From positions 2,592,001 through 2,656,000 of the forward strand of contig CBDDFZ010000001.1 of NCBI GenBank assembly GCA_965227515.1: DNA of 64,000 nt. Reading direction: 5' to 3'. The translations under genes were made by a program, and so were the position numbers. Positions 30,892-41,347 of this stretch are shown piece after piece; position 1 is the first letter of the stretch; each line of letters starts with the position of its first letter. The notes under the pieces were generated by a model. The model was not told the origin of the DNA. It did no database searches and worked only from the letters and a program-made list of their open reading frames with translations. The DNA comes from Alphaproteobacteria bacterium (GTDB taxonomy: Bacteria > Pseudomonadota > Alphaproteobacteria > CALKHQ01).

Positions 30892-33800
30892 ATGCTGTTT
30901 GGTGGCTCCACCGTGCAGGCTGCACGGCGTAATCGATTGGTAGTAAATGATAATTTGACGGCCCTGCAGGGTCGGGACGCGGAACAGGTTCTCCGCCGAA
31001 CATACCGGACCACGACGGCGCTGAGCGCCGCGGCCGCGGTTGCCGCGACGACGCTGGCACCTTCCATTGCCCTTGCGTTACCGCAGGACGGCAACGTGGT
31101 CGAGGGCCAGGCCGAGATCATCTACGGCTCGAACTCTGTCGAGATCGTCCAGGGCTCCGACCGGGTGATTATCGAGTGGTCGTCGTTCGACGTCGGCGTC
31201 GACGAGAGCGTCAACTTCGTCCAGCCCTCGCAGCTCGCCTCCGCACTGAACCGGGTGCTGTCGGGCCAGTCCTCCGCCATCCTGGGCTCGCTGACCGGCA
31301 ACGGCCAGATCACCATCGTGAACCCGGCCGGCATCCACTTCGGGGCGACGGCGAATGTCGACGTGGCGGCGATTACCGCGACGACCATCGACATCATCAA
31401 TGCCAATTTCATGGCCAACAATCTGGCGTTCGACCAGTTCAACGACGACTTCGCGAACGCGACCGTCACCAATGACGGCTCGATCACGGTGCAGGACAGT
31501 GGGCTGGCCGCATTGGTCGCGCCGGGCGTGGCCAACAACGGTATCATAGCCGCGAAGACGGGCGCGGTGGTGCTGGCGTCGGGCACCGCGTTCACCGTCG
31601 ACCCCTATGGCGACGGGCTGATCCAGTTCGCGGTCAACGCGCCGACGACCGAGGCGCCCGAGGGCATGGACGCCCTCGTCAGCAACTCGGGCGAGATCTA
31701 TGCCGACGGCGGCACGGTGATCCTGACCGCTGAGGCGGTCTCCGGCATCGTCGACAACGTCGTGAACATGGACGGCGTGATCCAGGCGCAGACCATCGAG
31801 GGCCGCAATGGCCAGATCGCCCTGGTCGGCGGTTCCGGTGCCGGTGCGGTCAACGTGGCCGGCACACTGGATGCCTCCGGCAACGACGCCGGCGAGGCTG
31901 GCGGCACGGTGCACGTGCTGGGCGACCAGGTGGCGCTGAACGTCGGCGCGAACGTCGACGTCTCCGGTGCGGCCGGCGGCGGCGAGGCGCTGATCGGCGG
32001 TGCCGCGCGCGGCGGCGCACAGGCGGCGGGTGCGGCGCTGCAGTACCAGCAGACCGCCTCTGGCCTCAACATCATCTCCGACACGGCCTTCGAGACCGAC
32101 GGCTACACCCCGACCTCAGACGTCACCCTGTTCGACGCAGGCGCCACAGCCAATGCGTCGGCCACCGTCGACGGCGACGGTGGCGATGTCGTGGTCTGGT
32201 CCGAGAACGACACCGCCTTCCATGGCGCCATCGCCGCGGCCGGCGGCGCCAATGGCGGCGATGGTGGCTTCGTTGAAATTTCTGGCGCACAGATTGTCGC
32301 GCAAGGCAGCTTGGACGTGGGCGCCACAGCGGGCGATGCCGGCCGTGTGCTGATCGATCCAGTCACGCTGAATCTGTCCAGCGTCATTGGTGCGCTGAAC
32401 AGCGTGCTCGGCGCAGGTGGCACCGGCGGCGCTTTCGATTTGGTGGCCGAAGAGACGATCAACGTCGATGTGGCCGTCGATACGAGCGGTTCGGCGGTTG
32501 CCGGTAGCCTGAATTTCCTCGATGAGAACGCCGACGCCAATCTGACCGTCAATCTCGACAATGGCATCAATCTGGGCGCCAGTCAGACGATTTCCGGCGA
32601 GGCGACGGTCGTCAATGTCAATACGACAGCCAATGGCTCGATCCAGGATGCGGTCGACATTGCCCTCAATGTCAACGGCGATCCGACGGCGACTGTGCCC
32701 GTCGTGAATCTCGCGGTTGGGACATATAGTGGTGCTGGCAATGTCAATGTCATGGTCAACAAGGCCATGACGATCCAGGCGGCGGTGCTCGACGGCAATC
32801 CGCTGCCGGCTACGGCTGTTGGCGCGCCGGTCCCATTTGTCCTGCAACAGGGCAATGGCATCGACGACATCGGCTTCATCGTCGCGCCGCCGCAGAACCA
32901 GACGATCACCATCCAAGGTATCAATATCGATCGGATGGCCATCGGCATCACGACCGGTGGCATGCCAGCGTTGCCGCCGGGCGGTTCCGACGGGGAGTTG
33001 GCTGCGATAACGGTGCCGGAGGGGCCATATGGCCGGCTGGTCGTTAACAACAACGACTTCACCTTAATCGGCACCGCCGCGGTCATGGTCAGCGACCTGC
33101 AGCAGCTCGACATCTTCAACAATTTCATCTTCGGTTCGCAGAGTGCCGATTATGGCTTCCATGCCATGAACATCGGCCCAACCGGGCTCAACCCGATCGG
33201 CGAAGAGAATGATTTCGGGGACGACGACACCCACGAGATCAACCGCAACATCATGGCGGCCGGTGACGGCTTCATCAGTTTCTTCACCGACAGCGATAGC
33301 AACCCGTCCGAGTACAACTACAACGGCAACGGCCCGGAGATTCTGGCGCTTGGCTTCGACAAGCATGCCATCCACATGGTCAACGTGTCGGGCAAGATGG
33401 AGGTCAACGACAACCGCATCATTGGTGCTGCGGTCGGCATCCACGTGGATGGGGCCTTGATCCAGAATGGCACGACGAACTATCTGCTCGAGCAGCTCAA
33501 CATCGACCGCAACGTCATCTTGAACATCTATGAAGTGTTCGATGACGACCTGACCACGGTCGCCACGACCGAGCCCTATGAGACCACGTTCGGCGAGATC
33601 GGCATCGTCGCGCGCTATGCCGAGAACGTCTCGATCGACAACAATTTCATCTCCAACGACTTGGTGATTCCGGGTGGCGACAACGGTCTGGCGACCGCCG
33701 ACGCGGTGCCGAACGATGCCATCATCGGCGCCGACGACAATGGCTTGCCCGGACCGGTGTTCTCCGGCCCGTCGTTGCGCATCGGTATCTACGGCGAGGA

Positions 33801-36800
33801 GTTGATCGATCCGAACGGTGGCGACGATGTGGCTGGCGTCACAATCGACGGCAACACCATCGTCAAGGAAACGAACTTTGAGCTGGCTGGCGTCGAGGTG
33901 GCCTCGATCGAAGGCATCGGCAACCACGACGGCGGTGGCGGCTACCATGGCGGGCCGGAGACCTTCGGCATCTACCTCTACAACGGCCATGGCGACGTCT
34001 CGATCAGCCAAAACAGCCGTGCGTTCGCGACCGAGACGATCGAGGACCTGTTTATCAGCAGGGCCTCGCCCGAGGCCGATGGCATCAACAATTTCGATAT
34101 CGGCATCAACGTGTCGTTCGGCACAATCTCCGAGCCGCCGGTGATCCCGCTGATCGACAATCTGTGGGTCAACAACAACGACATCGTCAATGTCGGCCAC
34201 ACCGGCATTCGCATCTGCGATGGCCAGTTCGATTGCGGCGGCAGCCTGGACGATTGGCTGTATGACTACGAGCCGGGCTTGGGCTTCGGCGACATCTACA
34301 ATGTCACCGCCGACGGCAACGTGATCCTGAATTCCAACTTCGTCGGCCAATTCACAGGGTTCGAGTCATCCGGCGCAGAAATTGCGGCCGCGTTCTTCGC
34401 CGAGTTTGCCGGTCTCGAACGTGACATGCCGGTGAACGAGGAGTCGATGAGCTCCTCGCCCTTCCGCTATGGCATCCTGGTCAAGGGCACCGGCATGCTG
34501 GACGGCGAGGGCGGCGGTTCGTCGATCTCGGCCAGCAACAACCTGATCTTCAACCATCCCGGCCAGCAGGAATTCGACAATGTCTCGCTCGCCAGCTACG
34601 GCGGCGGCGGTCGCTGGGGCAACTCGACGGGCATCAAACTCTACGACACCATCGGCGAAAACGCGTTCCTGAACGGGAATGCCATCAACGAGGTGACGAA
34701 CGGTATCGTTATCGAGGCCGGTTTCGACTTCGGCAGCATGATGTTCCTGACCAATGGTTGGGACGACGAGAACTATGGTCCGGGCTACTACGGCCTGCTG
34801 AACGGTTGGGCGAACCAGAACTACGTCCGCGGCAACGATCACGCCATGTACCGTGGCACTGGCATCGACACGTTCAATGTCGAGAACATGTTCGTCCAGA
34901 ACAACAAGGTCGTGATCGAAGAGGTCGGCGGTTTCCCGACAATCACCAATCCGGGCGGCGTCCTGGGCTTCAACACCGGCATCAAGGTCGAGCAGACCGA
35001 CTGGACCAATATCGGCAACAACTTCCTGCACTACTCGAACCAGTCCATCGGCATCGGGCAGATTGGCGGTCCGCAGCTCGGCGATCCGGCCGGCTATAAG
35101 GGCATCCTCTCGCTCAACAACCGGTGGGCGCAGGTCGAAGACAACGATCTGATCGGCTACAATTTCGGCCTGGTCTTCTTCGACGAGTTCTTCGACATCC
35201 ATGATCCGTCGGAGCGGATGACCACGTACAACGCGTACAACAACGCGATCTGCTTCTACAATCCGCTGGCGTGCGACCAGTTCCTGCCGTTCTCGTTGTC
35301 GTCTCTGGCCAACCCGGAGCTCGCGACCTACAACGCGCTGACCTTTGGCGATCCGAACTTCCCGTTCACGGTCGACAGCGAGGACTTCGATCCCGAGCAC
35401 GGCTATTTCGGCGTCAGCTACGGGCTGGCGTATGAGGTCAATTTCGGCGACCTTGACGACCCGACCCAGGGTAACTTCGTGCAGGACTACGGTGTCGGCA
35501 TGGGCGGCCTGGGCGCGATGCACGCCAATTTGTACGGCAACTTCATCGACGATACCGAGGCCTATGGCATCATCCTGAAGCTGAACGACGTCAACAACGT
35601 CGTCGGCAATAACATCACCAGCGGCCTGCGTTTCGGCGAGCCGGTAACCTTCGATGTCGGCGCGGCGCTGGACGAGATCCTGGGCGGCGGCCGTCGTGGC
35701 GGCCATGATGGCGGCGGCGACCGGGCGTTCGGCGTCCAGGGCGTGATGGACAGCACCGGGCTCGGCGACTTCTCCTCGCTGTTCTTCGGCGGGGACACCC
35801 GCTTGTTCCTCTCCGAGCCGTCGGGCGTGGCGATCGACGTCGGCCTCTACGGCATCGGCTATGTGATCGACCTGCTTGAGGACGAGACCTTCACCATCGA
35901 CGGCGACCACACCGATCCGAAGGCCAACATCGCCTTCAACAAGGTGATCTGGGAAGGTCCGCTGGCGCCGGGCAACAGCGATGGCTTCACCGGGCTGGAG
36001 TTGTCGGAAATTTCCGGCATCGGCAATGGCGATGGCGGTTACGATGGCGATCCGTTCGACATCACCGTCTTCAACCCGTTCGAGGTTGGCGCGGTCATGG
36101 CGTCCGGCGGTCTTGGCCGGGTGCTGATCGAAGGCAACGACATCAACCTGAACTACTACGCCGACCATGGCATCCTGGTGAACTACAACCTGGTGCCGGA
36201 TGGGCTGGACGACCACTTCAAGGCGCTGCTCTCGGAGACGGAGAGCACCAGCGGGTTCACCTCTGACGTGGGCGGTCTTGGCGAATTCGGCTATCTGCTT
36301 GAGCTGATCCAGCTGCCGCCATTGGATGGCGGGTTCGACGATCCGGCGGTTCAGATCCTCGACAATGTGGTCGACTTCGACAACCCGATCACCATCGACT
36401 ACCCGCCGCTGTTCGGCGACGATGTCAAAGATGTCGTGGAGTTCGACGGGCTGACCGCGGGCTACGACGGCGACTATCGCAACCCGACTTATGTCGTGCG
36501 CGGCGCGCCGTCCGGCATTCGCGTCGACAACATCTGGCGCGGCGATGTGATCGTCGACAACAACGACGTCTTCATCAACCAGCCGCTACTCGGCGAATAC
36601 GACTACTTCTACGTGCCGGCCGGCTACGACGGCGACCAGTTCGTCGAGTACGAATTCGGCGCGTTCTCGGGCATCCATGTCACCAATGTCGGCATGGTCG
36701 ACCTGCGCGATCTCGCCCAGATCGTGATCGGCCTGCTGCCGGGTCTGTTCGGCGACAACGTCGGCATTCCGATCGAGTTGGCGAGCGGCGACTACGACGG

Positions 36801-38127
36801 CGGCTACGGCTTCCCGCTGCAGTTCCCGATCAGCCAGTCGAACCTGCGCATTTCGGACAACGATATCCGGGTGTTCAACGAGGTCTTCATCCGCGGGCGC
36901 ATGGACGAGTATCCCGAGGGGCTCACCGAGGTGTCGTTCGATAGGGAGTATTGGGGCGACTACTACCGCACCAACGGCCTGATCAACGGCATCGTGGTCG
37001 AGCACCTGACCGGTGACGTCGAGATCGGCGGACCGGGGGCTCGCGAGGGCAACGAGGTGCGCCTCGGAATCTTCGCGTACGAGATGACCGAGCCGACCGA
37101 GATCGAGGAGCGGCTCCTGGTCAATGGTGGCCGGTGGGGCGGATGGGACAACAAGCTGGGCGGTGTTGCGCTGTGGCTGCGCAACGTCGGCGGCGACGTC
37201 AACATCCACAACAACTACCTGACCGAGGCCGCCTACGGCATCGTGCTCGAGACGCTGAAAGGCGCCTATACCGAGCCGTGCATGGAAGCCTACATCTGCG
37301 AAGGCCCGCGGGACGACATCACCGATATCAGCAACTTCGGTGGCGGGTTCGGCGGTCTGTTCTCGTTCAAGGACTTCCCGCTGGCCGGCCCCACGGACGT
37401 CACGATCTTCGAGAACTTCCTCGAGGGCAACGTGCTGTTCGCGCTGAAGCACAACGTGCCGGCCGACTTCCTGCCCGACGGCACCATCAATGCCCAGGGC
37501 AACTGGTGGGGCACCATCGACGAGGCCGAGATCGCCGCCCAGATTTCCAGCGGCTACGGCGGCACCATGTCGCTGGGCAGCTACGATGGTGGCGGCAGCT
37601 ACTACGAGAAGGCCATGGTGGACTTCTCCAACTTCCTGCTGACCGGGGATGAGCTGACGATCTACATCCCGCGCGATCCGGACGAGATGGCGCCGATCGG
37701 GGCACGCGACAACATCATCGGCTTCCAGCCGGGCGATCTTGCCGATGCCGACGAGGCGCTTCTGGAGTTCATCGCCGTCGCGCTGAACCTGCAGCTTCCG
37801 GAACAGACCAATCCGGACCAGGTGCCGGGCGATCAGCAGTCGGGCCGTTCGCAGACGGACGCCACCAACGACTTCAACGAGCTGTATTCCAATCCGTTCG
37901 GGTTCCCGTTGGAGACCGACCTGGCGTCGCTGACGCCGGCGGCCGGTGCGGCGTGTTCGCTGGTGGCCTCGCCCGGTGGCGGCCTGTCGCTTGCGTGCGG
38001 CGCGGGTGCCGGGCTTACCGACGAGGGTTTGGAAGCGCTGCAGCCGGCAGCGGGCGACGGTGCGCCGCCGTCCAGCTTCCAGGACCTGCTGGACACCTAC
38101 TCCAACTTCTGGTCCGCGTTCCAATAG
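30892..38127 (+). CDS. Second filamentous haemagglutinin-like TpsA exoprotein (2411 aa)
   Basis: Same TPS domain as TpsA-1; different acidic beta-helical body; homologous C-terminal tail ending YSNFWSAFQ; conserved GTTCGGGGG before the ATG supports this start. Confidence 0.9.
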   Translation: MLFGGSTVQAARRNRLVVNDNLTALQGRDAEQVLRRTYRTTTALSAAAAVAATTLAPSIALALPQDGNVVEGQAEIIYGSNSVEIVQGSDRVIIEWSSFDVGVDESVNFVQPSQLASALNRVLSGQSSAILGSLTGNGQITIVNPAGIHFGATANVDVAAITATTIDIINANFMANNLAFDQFNDDFANATVTNDGSITVQDSGLAALVAPGVANNGIIAAKTGAVVLASGTAFTVDPYGDGLIQFAVNAPTTEAPEGMDALVSNSGEIYADGGTVILTAEAVSGIVDNVVNMDGVIQAQTIEGRNGQIALVGGSGAGAVNVAGTLDASGNDAGEAGGTVHVLGDQVALNVGANVDVSGAAGGGEALIGGAARGGAQAAGAALQYQQTASGLNIISDTAFETDGYTPTSDVTLFDAGATANASATVDGDGGDVVVWSENDTAFHGAIAAAGGANGGDGGFVEISGAQIVAQGSLDVGATAGDAGRVLIDPVTLNLSSVIGALNSVLGAGGTGGAFDLVAEETINVDVAVDTSGSAVAGSLNFLDENADANLTVNLDNGINLGASQTISGEATVVNVNTTANGSIQDAVDIALNVNGDPTATVPVVNLAVGTYSGAGNVNVMVNKAMTIQAAVLDGNPLPATAVGAPVPFVLQQGNGIDDIGFIVAPPQNQTITIQGINIDRMAIGITTGGMPALPPGGSDGELAAITVPEGPYGRLVVNNNDFTLIGTAAVMVSDLQQLDIFNNFIFGSQSADYGFHAMNIGPTGLNPIGEENDFGDDDTHEINRNIMAAGDGFISFFTDSDSNPSEYNYNGNGPEILALGFDKHAIHMVNVSGKMEVNDNRIIGAAVGIHVDGALIQNGTTNYLLEQLNIDRNVILNIYEVFDDDLTTVATTEPYETTFGEIGIVARYAENVSIDNNFISNDLVIPGGDNGLATADAVPNDAIIGADDNGLPGPVFSGPSLRIGIYGEELIDPNGGDDVAGVTIDGNTIVKETNFELAGVEVASIEGIGNHDGGGGYHGGPETFGIYLYNGHGDVSISQNSRAFATETIEDLFISRASPEADGINNFDIGINVSFGTISEPPVIPLIDNLWVNNNDIVNVGHTGIRICDGQFDCGGSLDDWLYDYEPGLGFGDIYNVTADGNVILNSNFVGQFTGFESSGAEIAAAFFAEFAGLERDMPVNEESMSSSPFRYGILVKGTGMLDGEGGGSSISASNNLIFNHPGQQEFDNVSLASYGGGGRWGNSTGIKLYDTIGENAFLNGNAINEVTNGIVIEAGFDFGSMMFLTNGWDDENYGPGYYGLLNGWANQNYVRGNDHAMYRGTGIDTFNVENMFVQNNKVVIEEVGGFPTITNPGGVLGFNTGIKVEQTDWTNIGNNFLHYSNQSIGIGQIGGPQLGDPAGYKGILSLNNRWAQVEDNDLIGYNFGLVFFDEFFDIHDPSERMTTYNAYNNAICFYNPLACDQFLPFSLSSLANPELATYNALTFGDPNFPFTVDSEDFDPEHGYFGVSYGLAYEVNFGDLDDPTQGNFVQDYGVGMGGLGAMHANLYGNFIDDTEAYGIILKLNDVNNVVGNNITSGLRFGEPVTFDVGAALDEILGGGRRGGHDGGGDRAFGVQGVMDSTGLGDFSSLFFGGDTRLFLSEPSGVAIDVGLYGIGYVIDLLEDETFTIDGDHTDPKANIAFNKVIWEGPLAPGNSDGFTGLELSEISGIGNGDGGYDGDPFDITVFNPFEVGAVMASGGLGRVLIEGNDINLNYYADHGILVNYNLVPDGLDDHFKALLSETESTSGFTSDVGGLGEFGYLLELIQLPPLDGGFDDPAVQILDNVVDFDNPITIDYPPLFGDDVKDVVEFDGLTAGYDGDYRNPTYVVRGAPSGIRVDNIWRGDVIVDNNDVFINQPLLGEYDYFYVPAGYDGDQFVEYEFGAFSGIHVTNVGMVDLRDLAQIVIGLLPGLFGDNVGIPIELASGDYDGGYGFPLQFPISQSNLRISDNDIRVFNEVFIRGRMDEYPEGLTEVSFDREYWGDYYRTNGLINGIVVEHLTGDVEIGGPGAREGNEVRLGIFAYEMTEPTEIEERLLVNGGRWGGWDNKLGGVALWLRNVGGDVNIHNNYLTEAAYGIVLETLKGAYTEPCMEAYICEGPRDDITDISNFGGGFGGLFSFKDFPLAGPTDVTIFENFLEGNVLFALKHNVPADFLPDGTINAQGNWWGTIDEAEIAAQISSGYGGTMSLGSYDGGGSYYEKAMVDFSNFLLTGDELTIYIPRDPDEMAPIGARDNIIGFQPGDLADADEALLEFIAVALNLQLPEQTNPDQVPGDQQSGRSQTDATNDFNELYSNPFGFPLETDLASLTPAAGAACSLVASPGGGLSLACGAGAGLTDEGLEALQPAAGDGAPPSSFQDLLDTYSNFWSAFQ
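30962..32124 (+). repeat. Near-identical duplicated block (copy 2)
   Basis: Matches 14140..15302. Confidence 0.92.
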
Positions 38128-38154
38128 GTCGCGGTACCGGTTCGATACAGGCGG

Positions 38155-38190
38155 CGGCCCGGGCGACTTCGCCCGGGCCGTTTGCTCTTC
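38155..38190 (+). terminator. Rho-independent terminator of TpsA-2
   Basis: cggcccgggcga-ct-tcgcccgggccg then tttgctctt; same outer stem as the TpsA-1 terminator. Confidence 0.75.
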
Positions 38191-38275
38191 AGGCGGTACA
38201 ACACGGCCCAGGTGGTTTCCAACCCCGGCCATGCTGGGCTAGGGTCGCGTCCACCGCGTCATCATGGGCAGTGCA

Positions 38276-39271
<996 letters not shown>

Positions 39272-39296
39272 GGCGGGCGAAGGCGCGAGCGAGGCG

Positions 39297-39875
39297 TCAG
39301 GCGGCGTCGCGCGCCGTCTTTAGCGCGGTCGCCCACCACGACAGCTCATCCAGCAGGCCGTTGGCGGACGCGGCCAGGAAGTCGAAATCGGCGAGCGTCT
39401 TCTCGCCCTTCAGAATGGCCATGAAGGTCTCGCCGGCGATGTGCACAGCGGTACCCAGCGGCGCCATGTTGAAGCCGCCCAGCATGCCGCGCAGCTGCGA
39501 CACCGAGCGCGCGCCGCCCACGCCGCCATAGCCCACGAAGGCCGCCGGCTTGCGGTAGAACTCGCTGAAACTGTAGTCGATGGCGTTCTTCAGCACGCCC
39601 GGGACACCGTGGTTGTACTCCGCGGTCAGGAAGACGAAGCCATCCAGGCTGTCGAGCTTGGCGTTCCAGCGCTGTGCCGCCGGGTTCTGTGGCGGTGCCA
39701 TCGCCGGCGGCGCATCCTCGTCAAGCAGCGGCAGCGCATAGTCGCGCAGGTCGACGACCTCCACCTCCATGTCATCGCGCTTGACGGCGATGTCTTCGAA
39801 CCACGCGGCCAGCGTTGCGCTGAAGCGCTTGCCGCGCGTGGTTCCCACGATGATGCCAATTCTGGGCTTGGTCAT
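39297..39875 (-). CDS. NADPH-dependent FMN reductase
   Basis: Starts MTKPRIGIIVGTTR; EYNHGVPGVLKNAID, YGGVGGARS; the longer ORF overlaps the divergent regulator. Confidence 0.9.
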   Translation of the reverse strand: MTKPRIGIIVGTTRGKRFSATLAAWFEDIAVKRDDMEVEVVDLRDYALPLLDEDAPPAMAPPQNPAAQRWNAKLDSLDGFVFLTAEYNHGVPGVLKNAIDYSFSEFYRKPAAFVGYGGVGGARSVSQLRGMLGGFNMAPLGTAVHIAGETFMAILKGEKTLADFDFLAASANGLLDELSWWATALKTARDAA

Positions 39876-39984
39876 GTAGCGTCCTCTCATCCAGGCCTGT
39901 GGTGGTATATTCTGGTAACAAGGGATACATAGGTGACTGGCCGTTTTGTGGAAGACGGCACTTTTTGGTAACGGAGGCACCTGC

Positions 39985-40380
39985 ATGAAACCGCCTGCCC
40001 ATGTGCCCAGCGGCTGCCGCCCCATCGTCGAGATCCTGTCGCGGATCGGCGACAAGTGGTCCCTGTTGGTGGTGCGCGAACTGGGCGACCGCACCATGCG
40101 GTTCAGCGAGCTGAAGCGCGCCATCGAGGGCATCTCGCAGAAGATGCTGACATCGACGTTACGTGGCCTGGAATACGATGGTCTGGTTGAGCGCACCGTG
40201 CATCCGACGGTTCCGCCACGGGTGGAGTACGCGCTGACCCCGCTCGGCCGTGACCTGGAAGGGCCGGTGTCGGCGCTGAGCGACTGGGCGCAGCGCCACC
40301 GCGGGGAGATCGAGGCCGCACGTGAACGCTTCAAGGCCGCCGAAAGCGATGACGCGGCCGGTGCTCACCGGGCGGCCTGA
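39985..40380 (+). CDS. HxlR-family winged-helix regulator
   Basis: IGDKWSLLVV, RFSELKR, ISQKMLTSTLR, PPRVEYALT; divergent from the FMN reductase. Confidence 0.92.
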   Translation: MKPPAHVPSGCRPIVEILSRIGDKWSLLVVRELGDRTMRFSELKRAIEGISQKMLTSTLRGLEYDGLVERTVHPTVPPRVEYALTPLGRDLEGPVSALSDWAQRHRGEIEAARERFKAAESDDAAGAHRAA

Positions 40381-40546
40381 ACTTCGGGACCAACCGCGCC
40401 GGGCCCGCGGGCTGCTGGCGGCCCCGCCACCGCCCTTGCATACATAAGCATCAACCATAGGTTGCCGGCAGTGAGGCGCGCCGATGGCTGCGCATGCGAT
40501 GATATGCATGCCCGCCTGCGGCGTCGCGTGATCGAAAATGCTTGAG

Positions 40547-40567
40547 GTTCGTTTAATGTTCCCTTAA
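40547..40567. promoter_or_regulatory. Overlapping alphaproteobacterial SOS (LexA) box and CtrA box
   Basis: GTTC-gtttaat-GTTC (40547-40561) and TTAA-tgttccc-TTAA (40553-40567). Confidence 0.7.
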
Positions 40568-40629
40568 TAGTCCAATATTGGTGAATGGGAATCACAACCA
40601 TAAAGTGTAGTCAGCCGAGGAGAACGCCG

Positions 40630-41121
40630 ATGCGGGCAGCCAGAAAGAGCGACAGTGTCACACTCACGGCGGCACGGCACCAGCACGACACCATCGATGT
40701 GGTGCCGACCGAGGCGGCCGGCGTAACGGCGCATCGTGTGCGCACGCCGTTCGCCCTCGACCGCTATCACGCGCGCGGCGAACTGGCGCCGGGCGAACCG
40801 GTGGAAAACAACCGGCGTTATGACGCCGGGGAGCGATTGCGGGCCGACTGGACCAGGGCGGGGCTGGAGCCCGCAGTCGTGGCGCGCTATCGGGACCTGG
40901 TCTCCGGCGGCGTTTCCGGGGGTGGGGGGCTTCGACACGACGTCCACGCACACCGGATGGACGCGCACCGGGCGTGGAAAAAGGCGATCCAGAAGGTGGG
41001 ACCGATCGCCAGCAACGAGGTGATCGAGGCGTGCTGCCTGGGCAATGCCGTGCGCGGCAAGGTGCGGCTGGAGATTCTGCGCCGCGGCCTGGCGGTTCTG
41101 GCTGACCACTACGGCCTCTAG
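40630..41121 (+). CDS. DUF6456-like protein (GafA C-terminal/GafZ-like transcription activator or antiterminator)
   Basis: GAGGAG SD; motifs AGERLRADWTRAGL, GGG linker, VGP, xCC, C-terminal LADHYGL, as remembered for DUF6456 proteins. Confidence 0.7.
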   Translation: MRAARKSDSVTLTAARHQHDTIDVVPTEAAGVTAHRVRTPFALDRYHARGELAPGEPVENNRRYDAGERLRADWTRAGLEPAVVARYRDLVSGGVSGGGGLRHDVHAHRMDAHRAWKKAIQKVGPIASNEVIEACCLGNAVRGKVRLEILRRGLAVLADHYGL

Positions 41122-41166
41122 GGCACACGCAAAACGAGTGCATCGGCCTGGAAGTTCAAAATTATG

Positions 41167-41196
41167 TTGATCTTTGTGGGTGTTTTTGTTATGTTC
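41167..41196 (+). promoter_or_regulatory. Sigma70-like promoter with a degenerate SOS box over the -10
   Basis: TTGATC-N17-TATGTT; GTTT-ttgttat-GTTC at 41182-41196. Confidence 0.5.
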
Positions 41197-41347
41197 TGTT
41201 TCAGGAGATGCATGCAACGGGGTTGATCGGCAGCGAGACCGATTGACCGGGTTGCGGGCCAGGTCGGGCGGCCAATGAGCTCGTGTCTCCCACCCATGCT
41301 CAAAGATTCCATCCAATCCACCGAGCGATTGCGAGGCTTGCACAGTC

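Noticed and set aside
14070-38127. TpsA proteins as CdiA/contact-dependent toxins
   Set aside because: No VENN/pre-toxin motif, no variable toxic C-terminus (tails are conserved) and no small immunity gene; terminators follow directly
41202-41246. CAGGAG followed by a 12-codon ORF as a leader peptide
   Set aside because: SD-to-ATG spacing is too short and there is no other support
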